From a virus, in the UHGV virus genome UHGV-1596829: a stretch of 16,562 nucleotides of DNA; one strand, given 5' to 3'. Below are positions 8,795 through 16,562 of the stretch, in pieces (positions within the stretch are counted from its first letter, which is position 1; each line of letters opens with the position of its first letter). The notes under the pieces were generated by a model. That model did not search any database, was not told where the DNA came from, and saw nothing but the letters and a program-made list of their open reading frames with translations. The translations under genes and the position numbers were made by a program.

Positions 8795-10212
8795 TACTCA
8801 ATCCTTATCTGAGCGCCAGACAGAGTGACAGGTGACTTCGTGATAACGCGCAATTTGAAACCGATATTTTTCCTGATGCGCCCGACACGCTTCCACAAAA
8901 CACGTTTGTCGTAAATGAACGGTTCATTCTGTTCAATCATCTGCTCACGCCCGTAATTTATGCCGTCAGTGGTTGCAGAGAGGAACAGGCGGTCGGCGTA
9001 CTGAGCTACGCCAGTGGATGATTCCACCTCCAGATCGAAGCATCTGGCGTTATCCGCTTTGAACAGTGGAGTAAACAGCAGGTGTTCCTGTTGCTTGTCG
9101 TACTGGCTGCTGATGTCGAATTGCAATTTCCCGGTCACGGACTCCAGCTTATCACCGCACGTTATCTGATTGCCTTCGTAAATGAAGTCGATAGCGCGGT
9201 ACACATCGTCATACAAGCCAGTTTTCAACACACACCATTGCGGACCATTGGCGCTTGAAGATGCGTCGTACACGAGAACATGGCGCGGAAGGTGGATAAT
9301 CAGCAGCTCATGCGCATCAAATCGCAGAGACTCCATCACACCATCAGCCAGTTCATCAGCAGTGTAGGAGCGGAGAATTTTCTCAATGCTCGCGCTGGCG
9401 ATTGGTGACACCTGACCGGAGCCGATAATGTATACAGACGGCGCACCCGTTGCCGGATTGCTGATGAACGCATACGAATCAGCAAACGGCGTTTTGCAGT
9501 AAGTCCCGGCGATGCCTTTTTGCACCATCAGTGATGGCTGTGCGACATACAAAGCAGCACCAACGGTGGTTGCGCCAGTCAGGGAGAAGTATTCAATAGT
9601 CGATGAACCAAAGCAGACGATGAAGTCTCGCCATGTCCCGATACCGATGATGCCGTCCGGCTGAGACTCGGCACGATATTGTGCGCTGTAACGGTCAGGA
9701 TGCGATTCGTCTTCAAGGTCAGTGATAAACCATGAATCAGTGCCGTCTTTTGACCACGCATAACGCCCACGTAAGCGCGTAATGTCGCGAACCGAACCTA
9801 ACTCATACTGAGTGAATCCGCTATCTGCAGGCCAGTTTGAGACGGTTTTAACCGTGCCATCATAGCGATACTCTACCAGTTGACCATTAACGCCTACAGC
9901 CTGAGATGTCCGACCATGCGCCATTGATACACGACCACTTCCGGCAACATCACCGACTTCGCTTTCGCCCTTATACAGCTTGCCCCCACACACGCGATAT
10001 ACAGCACTCTGCGCCATGTTGTACTCGACGCCGCGCGATATACCGTTCACATCAGAACGTTTGGCAATGCCCGGGAATGAGCGAAGATATCCGCTGCTGT
10101 TAAGGATTTCTTTTGGTGTAGCCAGCATATTCACTGGCAGATAGTCGATATAGTCGGCGTTTCGGAAGTCTTTGCCGACACCTTTCATAAGCGGAAGTTG
10201 CTGAATCGGCAT
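8794..10212 (-). CDS. Tail hub / tail accessory protein, P22 gp10 homolog
   Basis: 472-aa [52 protein letters not shown]..., near-identical to the remembered P22 gp10 along its length. Confidence 0.95.
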   Translation of the reverse strand: MPIQQLPLMKGVGKDFRNADYIDYLPVNMLATPKEILNSSGYLRSFPGIAKRSDVNGISRGVEYNMAQSAVYRVCGGKLYKGESEVGDVAGSGRVSMAHGRTSQAVGVNGQLVEYRYDGTVKTVSNWPADSGFTQYELGSVRDITRLRGRYAWSKDGTDSWFITDLEDESHPDRYSAQYRAESQPDGIIGIGTWRDFIVCFGSSTIEYFSLTGATTVGAALYVAQPSLMVQKGIAGTYCKTPFADSYAFISNPATGAPSVYIIGSGQVSPIASASIEKILRSYTADELADGVMESLRFDAHELLIIHLPRHVLVYDASSSANGPQWCVLKTGLYDDVYRAIDFIYEGNQITCGDKLESVTGKLQFDISSQYDKQQEHLLFTPLFKADNARCFDLEVESSTGVAQYADRLFLSATTDGINYGREQMIEQNEPFIYDKRVLWKRVGRIRKNIGFKLRVITKSPVTLSGAQIRIE

Positions 10213-10221
10213 TTATTCACC

Positions 10222-10683
10222 TCACGTACTCGGATCATCTTTCTCGATGTAAAACCGATTCCACGTAAACGCGCTTTTGTTACCACTACCGCGAGGCATG
10301 TCATTTCGCCGCTCAAGTGGTGGTATTTTGGTTAAAGCGATACAGATTGTCTGATATGCACTGTCAGCAGCGGTCAGGAGAGCGTCTGACGGCTGAATGA
10401 CGTTATCCATGCACACTTGCACAGCGAGCTTCAAAGCCACGCCATCATTTGCCCATGCAGGGATACCTGAATCATCGTCAGGTAACGGCATGATGCCGTT
10501 TTCTGTATCCGCAAACTGATATCCAAGCTCGATACCTTTCGCCTGCCATGCTGCCATCATGTCTTCGAGGTCATTAATGGCATCTTCAATTGCCTGAGGG
10601 TCAGCATCTGTCAACGTGGCATTGGAATACAGCCCAGCTTTTCGTAAAGCCTTTAGAACGAGATCACCCTTCGTTTTCGCCAT
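10222..10683 (-). CDS. Head-tail adaptor (tail accessory factor), P22 gp4 homolog
   Basis: 153-aa ORF, MAKTKGDLVLKALRKAGLYSNATLTDADPQAIEDAINDLEDMMAAW..., alignable to the P22 gp4 N-terminus; conserved position between coat and gp10. Confidence 0.9.
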   Translation of the reverse strand: MAKTKGDLVLKALRKAGLYSNATLTDADPQAIEDAINDLEDMMAAWQAKGIELGYQFADTENGIMPLPDDDSGIPAWANDGVALKLAVQVCMDNVIQPSDALLTAADSAYQTICIALTKIPPLERRNDMPRGSGNKSAFTWNRFYIEKDDPST

Positions 10684-10852
10684 CTTCTTCCGCCTTAGCC
10701 ACTTTTTGCTTCGTTGCGGTTTCTTCAGGAGTTTTTACCCAACCTTTTTTCAGGTGAGATTTAACTTCTTCGTCATCAACAATGATGTAATCGACAGCAA
10801 ACTGACCACAGGTGATCATGTTGCCAGGCTTATAGAGCATTGTTCGTGCCAT
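10664..10852 (-). CDS. Small acidic hypothetical protein (62 aa) between coat and gp4 genes
   Basis: ATG at 10850-10852 preceded by GGGAGA (10858-10863). Translation MARTMLYKPGNMITCGQFAVDYIIVDDEEVKSHLKKGWVKTPEETATKQKVAKAEEDGENEG; overlaps the gp4 start by 20 nt. The track's longer TTG-initiated version would start inside the coat terminator, so the ATG start is preferred. Confidence 0.45.
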   Translation of the reverse strand: MARTMLYKPGNMITCGQFAVDYIIVDDEEVKSHLKKGWVKTPEETATKQKVAKAEEDGENEG

Positions 10853-10863
10853 TGTCTTCTCCC

Positions 10864-10886
10864 AATAAAAATGGGGCCGAAGCCCC
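10864..10886 (-). terminator. Rho-independent terminator immediately after the coat gene
   Basis: On the minus strand, 6 nt after the coat TAA: GGGGC-UUCG-GCCCC (GNRA-like tetraloop hairpin, plus 10873-10886) followed by AUUUUUAUU. Confidence 0.55.
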
Positions 10887-10893
10887 ACCAAAA

Positions 10894-11781
10894 TTACTGC
10901 CCGGCAATAACGATGCCCGTATATTCAGGAACCAGTACAGAGCAACCGTACAGAGTGGTGAAACGCGCAGTGGTTACGCCTTTGATGTGGTCGAAGGCGT
11001 AAGACATGATCAGCGTAGCGCCCTGCTCGGTGGTTGCTGTCATTACCTGTGGACCCTGACCAGTCGGGAACGCCAGTTTGCCGTACATCAGCTCAACAGA
11101 ACCATCAGCCCAGAACAGGTTAGCCGGTGCGGCATTCTTGTTGAGAATGGTAATTGCTGCACCATTTGCCGCGTTAGCATCAACGTTTGCATATGGACGG
11201 CTGGCGACATCTGCGTTGTCAGGCGGCAGAATTTTCGGGGAGATAGTTACTGTCGTTCCGCTTACTGCCAGAACGCGGAATACCTGCGGCTGCCCGGTGG
11301 TGTCTTTGGTGATCTGGTGTACAGAATTCACGCCAGCAATGGTGAACGCATCGCCAACCTGCAAACCTTCAGCAGATACCGTAATGGTCCCCTGCCGGTT
11401 ATCCACTGGCATATCGTTAGCATCTTTCGCTTCAACCTTGTGCGCAGGTTCAGCCGCCAGCGTCAGGGAAGTTGCTGTACCCTTCGGAACACGACCAGAA
11501 ATATCGGTCTTGTAGCTATCGAAGGACGCAACCGGAGGGATCTGCGCTTTTTCGTATGCTGTCAGGGTTGCGCCCTGAGCATAGGCACGGTGACCAAGCT
11601 CGCCAGCAAGGTCTTTGTAGTTGAAGGGGTTCCAGAAAGAGCGGCGGTTGATACCCTGTGGTACACCAATCGCCGTCATGGTGGCATCAATACCTGCCGC
11701 ACAGTTCCACAAATCACGGCCCTGTGAACCAGTGGTTGAGTCAGCCATTGTGATCACGTTAGTAGCACGCTGCGTGACCAT
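10894..11781 (-). pseudogene. Major capsid (coat) protein, P22 gp5 family; 5'-deleted fragment lacking roughly the first 100 codons and its own start/RBS
   Basis: The translation aligns with P22 coat from about residue 100 to the C-terminus (e.g. ...YANVDANAANGAAITILNKNAAPANLFWADGSVEL... versus P22 ...[35 protein letters not shown]...). Upstream in the same frame, coat-like sequence stops near 11810 and stop codons follow. The gene abuts the truncated portal gene with no scaffold gene between. Confidence 0.8.
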
Positions 11782-11786
11782 GGAAA

Positions 11787-13496
11787 TCAGGTCAGAGTCA
11801 ATCTGTGCAGCTTCGGCGTTCCTGGTGGGATAAGTGCCAGCATGGAAAGTAACGACTTAACCGTTGCATCACGGCGAGTAGCGAACGACTGACCGACATC
11901 GACAGTCACTTCATAGTTACCCTGCGAAAGGTCGTTAAGCGCGATAACCTGCCCTGTCTGACGGTCAACCACTTCACCAGTCATCAGCGCCACGTCATCG
12001 CTGCCGTCCTCATTAACGATACGCATCGGCGTATCGCTGCCATAGACTTCACGCGCCATAGAAAGCCACACAACGCCAGCGCGACGCATAGATTTAGCCA
12101 TGTTGTCCATGTAGATATAGGACTGCGTGTCCATCCGGTTAAAAATGCTATCAACGGTATCAGTAGCGACGTTGCTCGGCATGTTCTCAAGCTGCGACGC
12201 ACCTGTAATTTGCTGAATAGCCGTTCCGGTGTACTGCAATAGCCCGGCAAGAGCAGGAGGCATTTGTGTCGGAGGTGTCCAGCCAGCAACCTGAGCTTCT
12301 GAAATGACTGTTCCGTTTTTGTCCTTCTTGCTGGTCATGGGAAGAACTGCAGGTCTTTTCTTATTCCTCTCTGCCCAGTGATTCATTAATGGACCGGGAA
12401 TGAAATCAACATCCACGATAGGAATGCCATCACCGCCCGCCTGAGTAGCGTTATCTGCAATCATGGAAACCATCAGGTTCTCAAGACGCTGTGCATCCAT
12501 CGCTTTTGCTGCGTGGCCTTCGATTCGTTCCTGATTATCAACAAATGAGCGACGCCCATATACCGGGATGAGAGGAATATGTTCGCCCGGAATACGCTTC
12601 GGTTCTTCCAGCCATTCAGCGCCAGACAGAAGGCCGCAATAAACGCGGCGTTTCTTCACCGTTCGCTCGCCAATCAGTTCGAATGCACCATCGGTCAGCT
12701 CGTCGACAATATCTTTGATTTGCTCTTCATCATAGATTGCCGTTTCTCCGCTAACAGGGTTGCGCCACGCCGTGAGCTTCACCTTCTCTATGCGAACTTC
12801 GTAGTAACGTCCAACATAGATGGCGTCAGGCGTTGACCAGTCATACTGAGTACCAGTGTCATCCCGAGAAAGGCTTGCCGCAATGGAATCAGGGTATTCA
12901 GCCTCGAACGCTTTAGGCGTCATGGAGAACATTTCCATAGCCCACATAGCATCAGAGCGGTCATATTGTTTGCTGTCCTGATCGAAGAAGACGCATGTCG
13001 CCGGGTCGTAAACAGGAAGAAGACTGATGCGTCGCTGCTCGTTACTCGGATCCATTTCATCTTCGTAATCAGCACACATGCGGAAACAACCGAACCCGCC
13101 CGTTACAGCATCATCAAATGCGTTATCACACGCTTCACCACCTGATGTTTCCTGATAGTCAGCGCGGAATTTGCCGTTCATCTTTTCGGCTAACGCTTCC
13201 GATGCCTTATCGTCCTTCGGCCTGAATTTAACGCTGATGCGATTCTGTCGATACTCGCCAATGATGCGATCACATTCACGGGCAATCTTATTCAGTTCAA
13301 AGCGCGGATAATGCTCAAACCTGCCTTCATCAAATGAGTAACCAGCGTTTGTGCTGCCTTCCCACTGTGCGCCGGATACCCGGACGAAACGTTGAGCCTC
13401 AATAATCTGCTTACGCATATCCTGCGTTGCTGACCAGGCATTATCAAAGTTGCACAGCACCTTGCGATGCCAGTCAGTCATCTTTTTTTCTGCCAT
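11787..13496 (-). CDS. Portal protein (P22 gp1 family), 3'-truncated; lacks the C-terminal ~130-150 residues
   Basis: 569-aa ORF with portal-core homology (PGEHIPLIPVYG versus P22 AGEHIPIVPVFG; ...LLSMLALIPPGTP versus P22 ...ELLGKTPQGTP). After GTP the frame reads 8 unrelated residues and stops; P22 portal is about 725 aa and Sf6 about 708. Confidence 0.85.
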   Translation of the reverse strand: MAEKKMTDWHRKVLCNFDNAWSATQDMRKQIIEAQRFVRVSGAQWEGSTNAGYSFDEGRFEHYPRFELNKIARECDRIIGEYRQNRISVKFRPKDDKASEALAEKMNGKFRADYQETSGGEACDNAFDDAVTGGFGCFRMCADYEDEMDPSNEQRRISLLPVYDPATCVFFDQDSKQYDRSDAMWAMEMFSMTPKAFEAEYPDSIAASLSRDDTGTQYDWSTPDAIYVGRYYEVRIEKVKLTAWRNPVSGETAIYDEEQIKDIVDELTDGAFELIGERTVKKRRVYCGLLSGAEWLEEPKRIPGEHIPLIPVYGRRSFVDNQERIEGHAAKAMDAQRLENLMVSMIADNATQAGGDGIPIVDVDFIPGPLMNHWAERNKKRPAVLPMTSKKDKNGTVISEAQVAGWTPPTQMPPALAGLLQYTGTAIQQITGASQLENMPSNVATDTVDSIFNRMDTQSYIYMDNMAKSMRRAGVVWLSMAREVYGSDTPMRIVNEDGSDDVALMTGEVVDRQTGQVIALNDLSQGNYEVTVDVGQSFATRRDATVKSLLSMLALIPPGTPKLHRLTLT

Positions 13497-13497
13497 A

Positions 13498-14913
13498 TCA
13501 ACCTACACCACAAGGAATTGAGTAACTGGAATAGTCGGGTTGCGCAGCCGACTCCGGGCAATGCATACACATCATCAGCGCATCAGCCAGGTTAGGAGAT
13601 GGAATACCGAGCTTCTGCTTCATTTCGACCTTAGTCATAAGCTCCAGCTTCCCGTTATTATTGAATTTGCGCTGAATCTGCGTCAGTTCTGCAAACAGCT
13701 TCTCCAGCATCTTCTCGCCTATCGCTTCTTTGTCGAAACTCAGCATGTCGTCGGGGTCTGCATACTCACCGTGGACAACCGCCCGATATGTCAGATACAG
13801 CCTGTCAGCCAGCGCGTAATAGAATTGCGCTCGCTTATTGCGGAACACATCGCCAATAGTGCGAACGTTGTCGCCCTGTACGACTTCATCAGCCCATGCT
13901 CCGGCCTGATACGGTGCATCTTCATCGAATGGCGATTCGCTGCCCTTAAACATCGTGGCGGTGATTTTCTTACCGGAGAATGCTTCCGTTGTCTGTCTGC
14001 GCAGCCCCGCACCAACACCATCACCATCCCACAGGTAGTGGTCAGCGCCGTCTTCAATCGCCAGCGAAGTAGCCCAGTCAGCACCCTCGTTGATATCCAT
14101 CAGCAGACCTTTGGCAATGCGCTTAACTACCGAACCGTGACGCGATGCGTAACCTTTAGCATCTGGCCCTGTATCTGATGGGTCATGCGCAGAAACAACA
14201 GCGCCTTTCGCTTTCCATCCGAGTTTCTTGTGCGCATCGGTTGCAGCTTCAAGCCATTCACGTTTGATGATTGCCATATCACTTGCGCTTACTGGCTCAC
14301 CAAGCCAGATGTGACGATACAGTGTCGGATTTCTGCGTTTGCACTCTTCCATCTCCAGACGGAGAACTTCAGGAAAGTGCGGGTTGTCGGTGTAGTTCAC
14401 CGTCAGCAGACAAATATCATCGGGAGGATTTACAACGAATCGTTGATAGGTATCGTCGAGGATGTTCTTAGGGTTGAAGCTCACCCATATTTCGGAGAAC
14501 GGCTTACGGATGGTTGGTATCAGGATATCCCATGATTCCTTCGTTACCGCTTCCGCTTCTTCCACCCAGCAGATATCAATGCCTTCGAGCGATTTAATCT
14601 TCGTCGGGTTGTTTTTGATGCCGTAGAACATGAACTCAGCATTCGTTCCGAGATGACGAATCATGGAACGCTGAATTTCAAACTCAGCCGTATACCCTTC
14701 ACGCTCTATGGTGTCTTCAAGCAGCCGGATTACCGAATCGCTGATACTGTTTTGCAGTTCACGAGCGCAGAGAATACGCACTGGCTGCCGACGCGCCGCT
14801 TCAACAAGCAGCCTCGCAATTGCCCATGACTTACCGCTACCTCGACCGCCTTTGGCGACTTTGTAGCGATGCGCCTCAATGAACGGTTCAAAGATAGGAT
14901 TAATCGTGGTCAT
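13498..14913 (-). CDS. Terminase large subunit (Sf6 gp2-type)
   Basis: 471-aa ORF, MTTINPIFEPFIEAHRYKVAKGGRGSGKSWAIARLLVEAARRQPVRILCARE..., with Walker A (KGGRGSGKS) and near-identity to the Sf6 large terminase as remembered. Start overlaps the TerS stop by 4 nt. Confidence 0.95.
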   Translation of the reverse strand: MTTINPIFEPFIEAHRYKVAKGGRGSGKSWAIARLLVEAARRQPVRILCARELQNSISDSVIRLLEDTIEREGYTAEFEIQRSMIRHLGTNAEFMFYGIKNNPTKIKSLEGIDICWVEEAEAVTKESWDILIPTIRKPFSEIWVSFNPKNILDDTYQRFVVNPPDDICLLTVNYTDNPHFPEVLRLEMEECKRRNPTLYRHIWLGEPVSASDMAIIKREWLEAATDAHKKLGWKAKGAVVSAHDPSDTGPDAKGYASRHGSVVKRIAKGLLMDINEGADWATSLAIEDGADHYLWDGDGVGAGLRRQTTEAFSGKKITATMFKGSESPFDEDAPYQAGAWADEVVQGDNVRTIGDVFRNKRAQFYYALADRLYLTYRAVVHGEYADPDDMLSFDKEAIGEKMLEKLFAELTQIQRKFNNNGKLELMTKVEMKQKLGIPSPNLADALMMCMHCPESAAQPDYSSYSIPCGVG

Positions 14914-15350
14914 TTTCCGAATAGAGTGCTCATCGGTGATGTTTCAATCTGAATTGCGCCGCCGTCTTTGCCTGTTAGCTCGTGATCAACCTTATCGCGC
15001 CATTTATCCTTCTGTCGGTTCTTAAGCCAGAAGATGGCGGCGGTTGTATCAGGCGGGTAATACTTCTCAAGCGGAGTTTCGACAATTCTGTTTTCAATAA
15101 CACGAATATCGATGTCTGGAGCCACGAAGCCCATAGCGCGTTGATAAAGACGATCACTAACTTCTGCATCAGCGACGGCCTTACCCTTTTTTATGGACTC
15201 CGAAAACTTAGGATAATCAAGCTTCCACTTGTTAATAGTTGACTCACTGACTTCAAAGAAATCAGCAAGTTCTGCATCGGTGTAGCCCAGCAAGCACAGT
15301 TTGCGTGCCTGTTCGGCATACGCCTCTTGATACTTCGTTGGGCGCGCCAT
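14910..15350 (-). CDS. Terminase small subunit
   Basis: 146-aa ORF directly upstream of and overlapping TerL; the N-terminal region looks like an HTH DNA-binding domain, and the C-terminus (...GKDGGAIQIETSPMSTLFGK) resembles the Sf6 small terminase tail as I remember it. Confidence 0.85.
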   Translation of the reverse strand: MARPTKYQEAYAEQARKLCLLGYTDAELADFFEVSESTINKWKLDYPKFSESIKKGKAVADAEVSDRLYQRAMGFVAPDIDIRVIENRIVETPLEKYYPPDTTAAIFWLKNRQKDKWRDKVDHELTGKDGGAIQIETSPMSTLFGK

Positions 15351-15352
15351 GT

Positions 15353-15595
15353 TTATGCTCCGGTAGTGAACAGGTCTAACGCTTCCTTCGATTTACGCAC
15401 CGCTTCGATAGTGCGGGTCGTGATATCTGAATTAGCGCCGCCTGACTGGAAGTGAATTTTAAATAGCTCAAGCTTCAGCTCGTCAGTGCCAATGAATTGA
15501 AATGCTTCTTCTGCGGCTGCGTTCTGGTTCATGACCAGTTTGTAAATCTCTAACTGGAATTTCTGTTCTTCAGTCATGGGAATAATCTCTGCCAT
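15353..15595 (-). CDS. Hypothetical 80-aa protein, translationally coupled to the small terminase gene
   Basis: GGAG 7 nt upstream of the ATG; its stop lies 2 nt before the TerS ATG, with the TerS RBS (GGAGCA) inside its 3' end. No recognisable domain. Confidence 0.5.
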   Translation of the reverse strand: MAEIIPMTEEQKFQLEIYKLVMNQNAAAEEAFQFIGTDELKLELFKIHFQSGGANSDITTRTIEAVRKSKEALDLFTTGA

Positions 15596-15842
15596 TGTTG
15601 GCTCCGTTTATCCGTTAAAAGGGATATCAGTTAAGTTATCCCGTGTAGGGTATAAGCCATTGTCGAGACCACTCATTGAATGGCCTCTGCAATAACCGAT
15701 GTCTTTCCATCAGTCCGCCACCACAAAGAATCTTTTTTGCCATAAGGCAGGAGGTTCATCTTTCAGTGGCTGCCAGTGTTATTTCCCCACTTTCTGGCTT
15801 GGGTTGTTTCGCTGTACTGCTGTTAATTAGTGAGTCCGGGGA

Positions 15843-16328
15843 TTATTTCAGTTCGTTACCAGGCATTTCTTTTAGCTCTTTCAAATGACAACGATTGAGA
15901 CTAAACCACTCCCCGTGCGACCTATAGTTGTAATATTTTTGGTGCAATTTGGTTTCAAGCTCTCTATCGGCCGGAATCTTTGCAATTAGATTTAGCTTCC
16001 CACCACTCATGCGAGATATCTCTGAAATTCGTTTATTAACCCTGCGACTAAACCCTATTTTTGTTAGCCCACTATCTTCAGCATGCAGAACGTACACATA
16101 TGATTTTTGCGAAGCACTGGGTGCGACTTTGTTGTAATTAATCATGTCAAACATGAAGCCTTGCTTTAGCAAAGTTTCAAAAAAGATAGAATTAACACAC
16201 CCATTCCTTCTCAGCTCTGCACTTAGCTTGTCAATTTCCTCTATGATGTCGCCAGACCCCTTTCCACTTATAAGAAAATCTTGGTACATGCGACCAATTC
16301 TTGAGGTAATTTCAACAAAGTTATTCAT
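15843..16328 (-). CDS. T5orf172 / MUG113-type GIY-YIG-superfamily domain protein (accessory 'moron' gene)
   Basis: 161 aa. C-terminal half has the T5orf172 signature YVYVLHAEDSGLTKIGFSRRVNKRISEISR...ELETKLHQKYYNYRSHGEWFSL (GIY-like YVYVL, YIG-like KIGFS, conserved R/E, GEWF). AT-rich (about 38% GC) compared with flanking phage genes, preceded upstream by a terminator and followed by a 247-bp spacer. Confidence 0.7.
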   Translation of the reverse strand: MNNFVEITSRIGRMYQDFLISGKGSGDIIEEIDKLSAELRRNGCVNSIFFETLLKQGFMFDMINYNKVAPSASQKSYVYVLHAEDSGLTKIGFSRRVNKRISEISRMSGGKLNLIAKIPADRELETKLHQKYYNYRSHGEWFSLNRCHLKELKEMPGNELK

Positions 16329-16474
16329 AGCGTTTACCTTTTAGAAAGATGAGCCTGTTCGCACAGAAAAGCCGTCCCCGAGATGGTCGCCACCATATAC
16401 GGCAATTCTCAGGCTCAGCTTTCTGAAAGACTCGGGATTGTTACGCGCTGCGATGCGCGGTTTACTGCAGATGT

Positions 16475-16498
16475 AAAAAAGCCCCGCAAATGCGAGGC
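16475..16498 (-). terminator. Rho-independent terminator upstream of the T5orf172 gene
   Basis: On the minus strand: GCCUCGC-AUUU-GCGGGGC (7-bp stem with one G-U pair) followed by U6 (plus A-run 16475-16480). Confidence 0.5.
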
Positions 16499-16562
16499 TA
16501 AATCCTGGTATTTGTAATGATCTGGCTCTTATCTCAACGCAGCCCCTTACCGCGCGCCAGAT

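Larger units (their letters stand above)
604..16562 (-). mobile_element. P22-like (Sf6-type) prophage, late/morphogenesis region; predicted defective (portal-scaffold-coat deletion). Left phage/host boundary lies somewhere in 263-603 and is not precisely defined; right end runs off the window
   Basis: Gene order TerS-TerL-portal-coat-gp4-gp10-gp26-gp14-gp7-gp20-gp16-tailspike, all on the minus strand, with tight or overlapping junctions typical of the P22 late operon. Several products read as near-identical to remembered P22/Sf6 proteins (gp10, gp7, TerL, tailspike N-terminus). Confidence 0.88.

Noticed and set aside
10840-11727. 295-aa plus-strand ORF exactly antisense to the coat gene
   Set aside because: Cys/Arg-rich, implausible composition; the minus-strand frame has clear coat-protein homology, and long antisense ORFs are common opposite codon-biased genes.
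13540-14178. 212-aa plus-strand ORF inside the large terminase gene
   Set aside because: Antisense to a confidently identified TerL with near-identity to Sf6; no independent RBS or homology evident.
14910-15350. P22-type pac site inside the small terminase gene
   Set aside because: No match by eye to the P22 pac consensus as I recall it; the TerS N-terminal domain differs from P22, so a different pac specificity is expected.
15676-15888. 70-aa plus-strand ORF in the spacer between the T5orf172 gene and the 80-aa gene
   Set aside because: Opposite orientation to every real gene in the window, no RBS, overlaps the T5orf172 3' end; the spacer is more likely regulatory.
1-16562. CRISPR array, rRNA, IS element or transposase
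   Set aside because: No regularly spaced direct repeats with unique spacers, no rRNA-like sequence, and no transposase-like ORF or terminal inverted repeats were seen.

Overview
Almost the whole window (about 600 to 16562) is the late, virion-morphogenesis arm of a P22-like (Sf6-type) podovirus prophage, with every phage gene on the minus strand. Reading the minus strand from high to low coordinates: terminator, AT-rich T5orf172/GIY-YIG-like accessory gene, 80-aa gene, small terminase, large terminase, portal, coat, 62-aa ORF, gp4, gp10, tail needle (gp26-like with C-terminal knob), gp14, gp7, gp20, gp16, terminator, tailspike, acyltransferase-3 gene, then a non-coding stretch (263-603) and the 5' part of a signal-peptide protein at 1-262. 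The main observation is an internal deletion of about 1.6 kb that joins the portal gene (cut after about 560 codons) directly to the last two-thirds of the coat gene, with the scaffold gene absent, so the prophage is predicted to be defective. Other points worth follow-up are a mosaic tailspike (P22/Sf6/HK620-type N-terminal domain fused to a different, lower-GC beta-helix receptor domain), a probably truncated acyltransferase-3 gene in an AT-rich islet next to the tailspike, the T5orf172-domain accessory gene upstream of the terminase genes, and two copies of a 20-bp dyad motif in the 263-603 spacer. All protein assignments rest on reading the supplied translations against remembered P22/Sf6 sequences; no database search was run, and small-motif coordinates may be off by a base or two.
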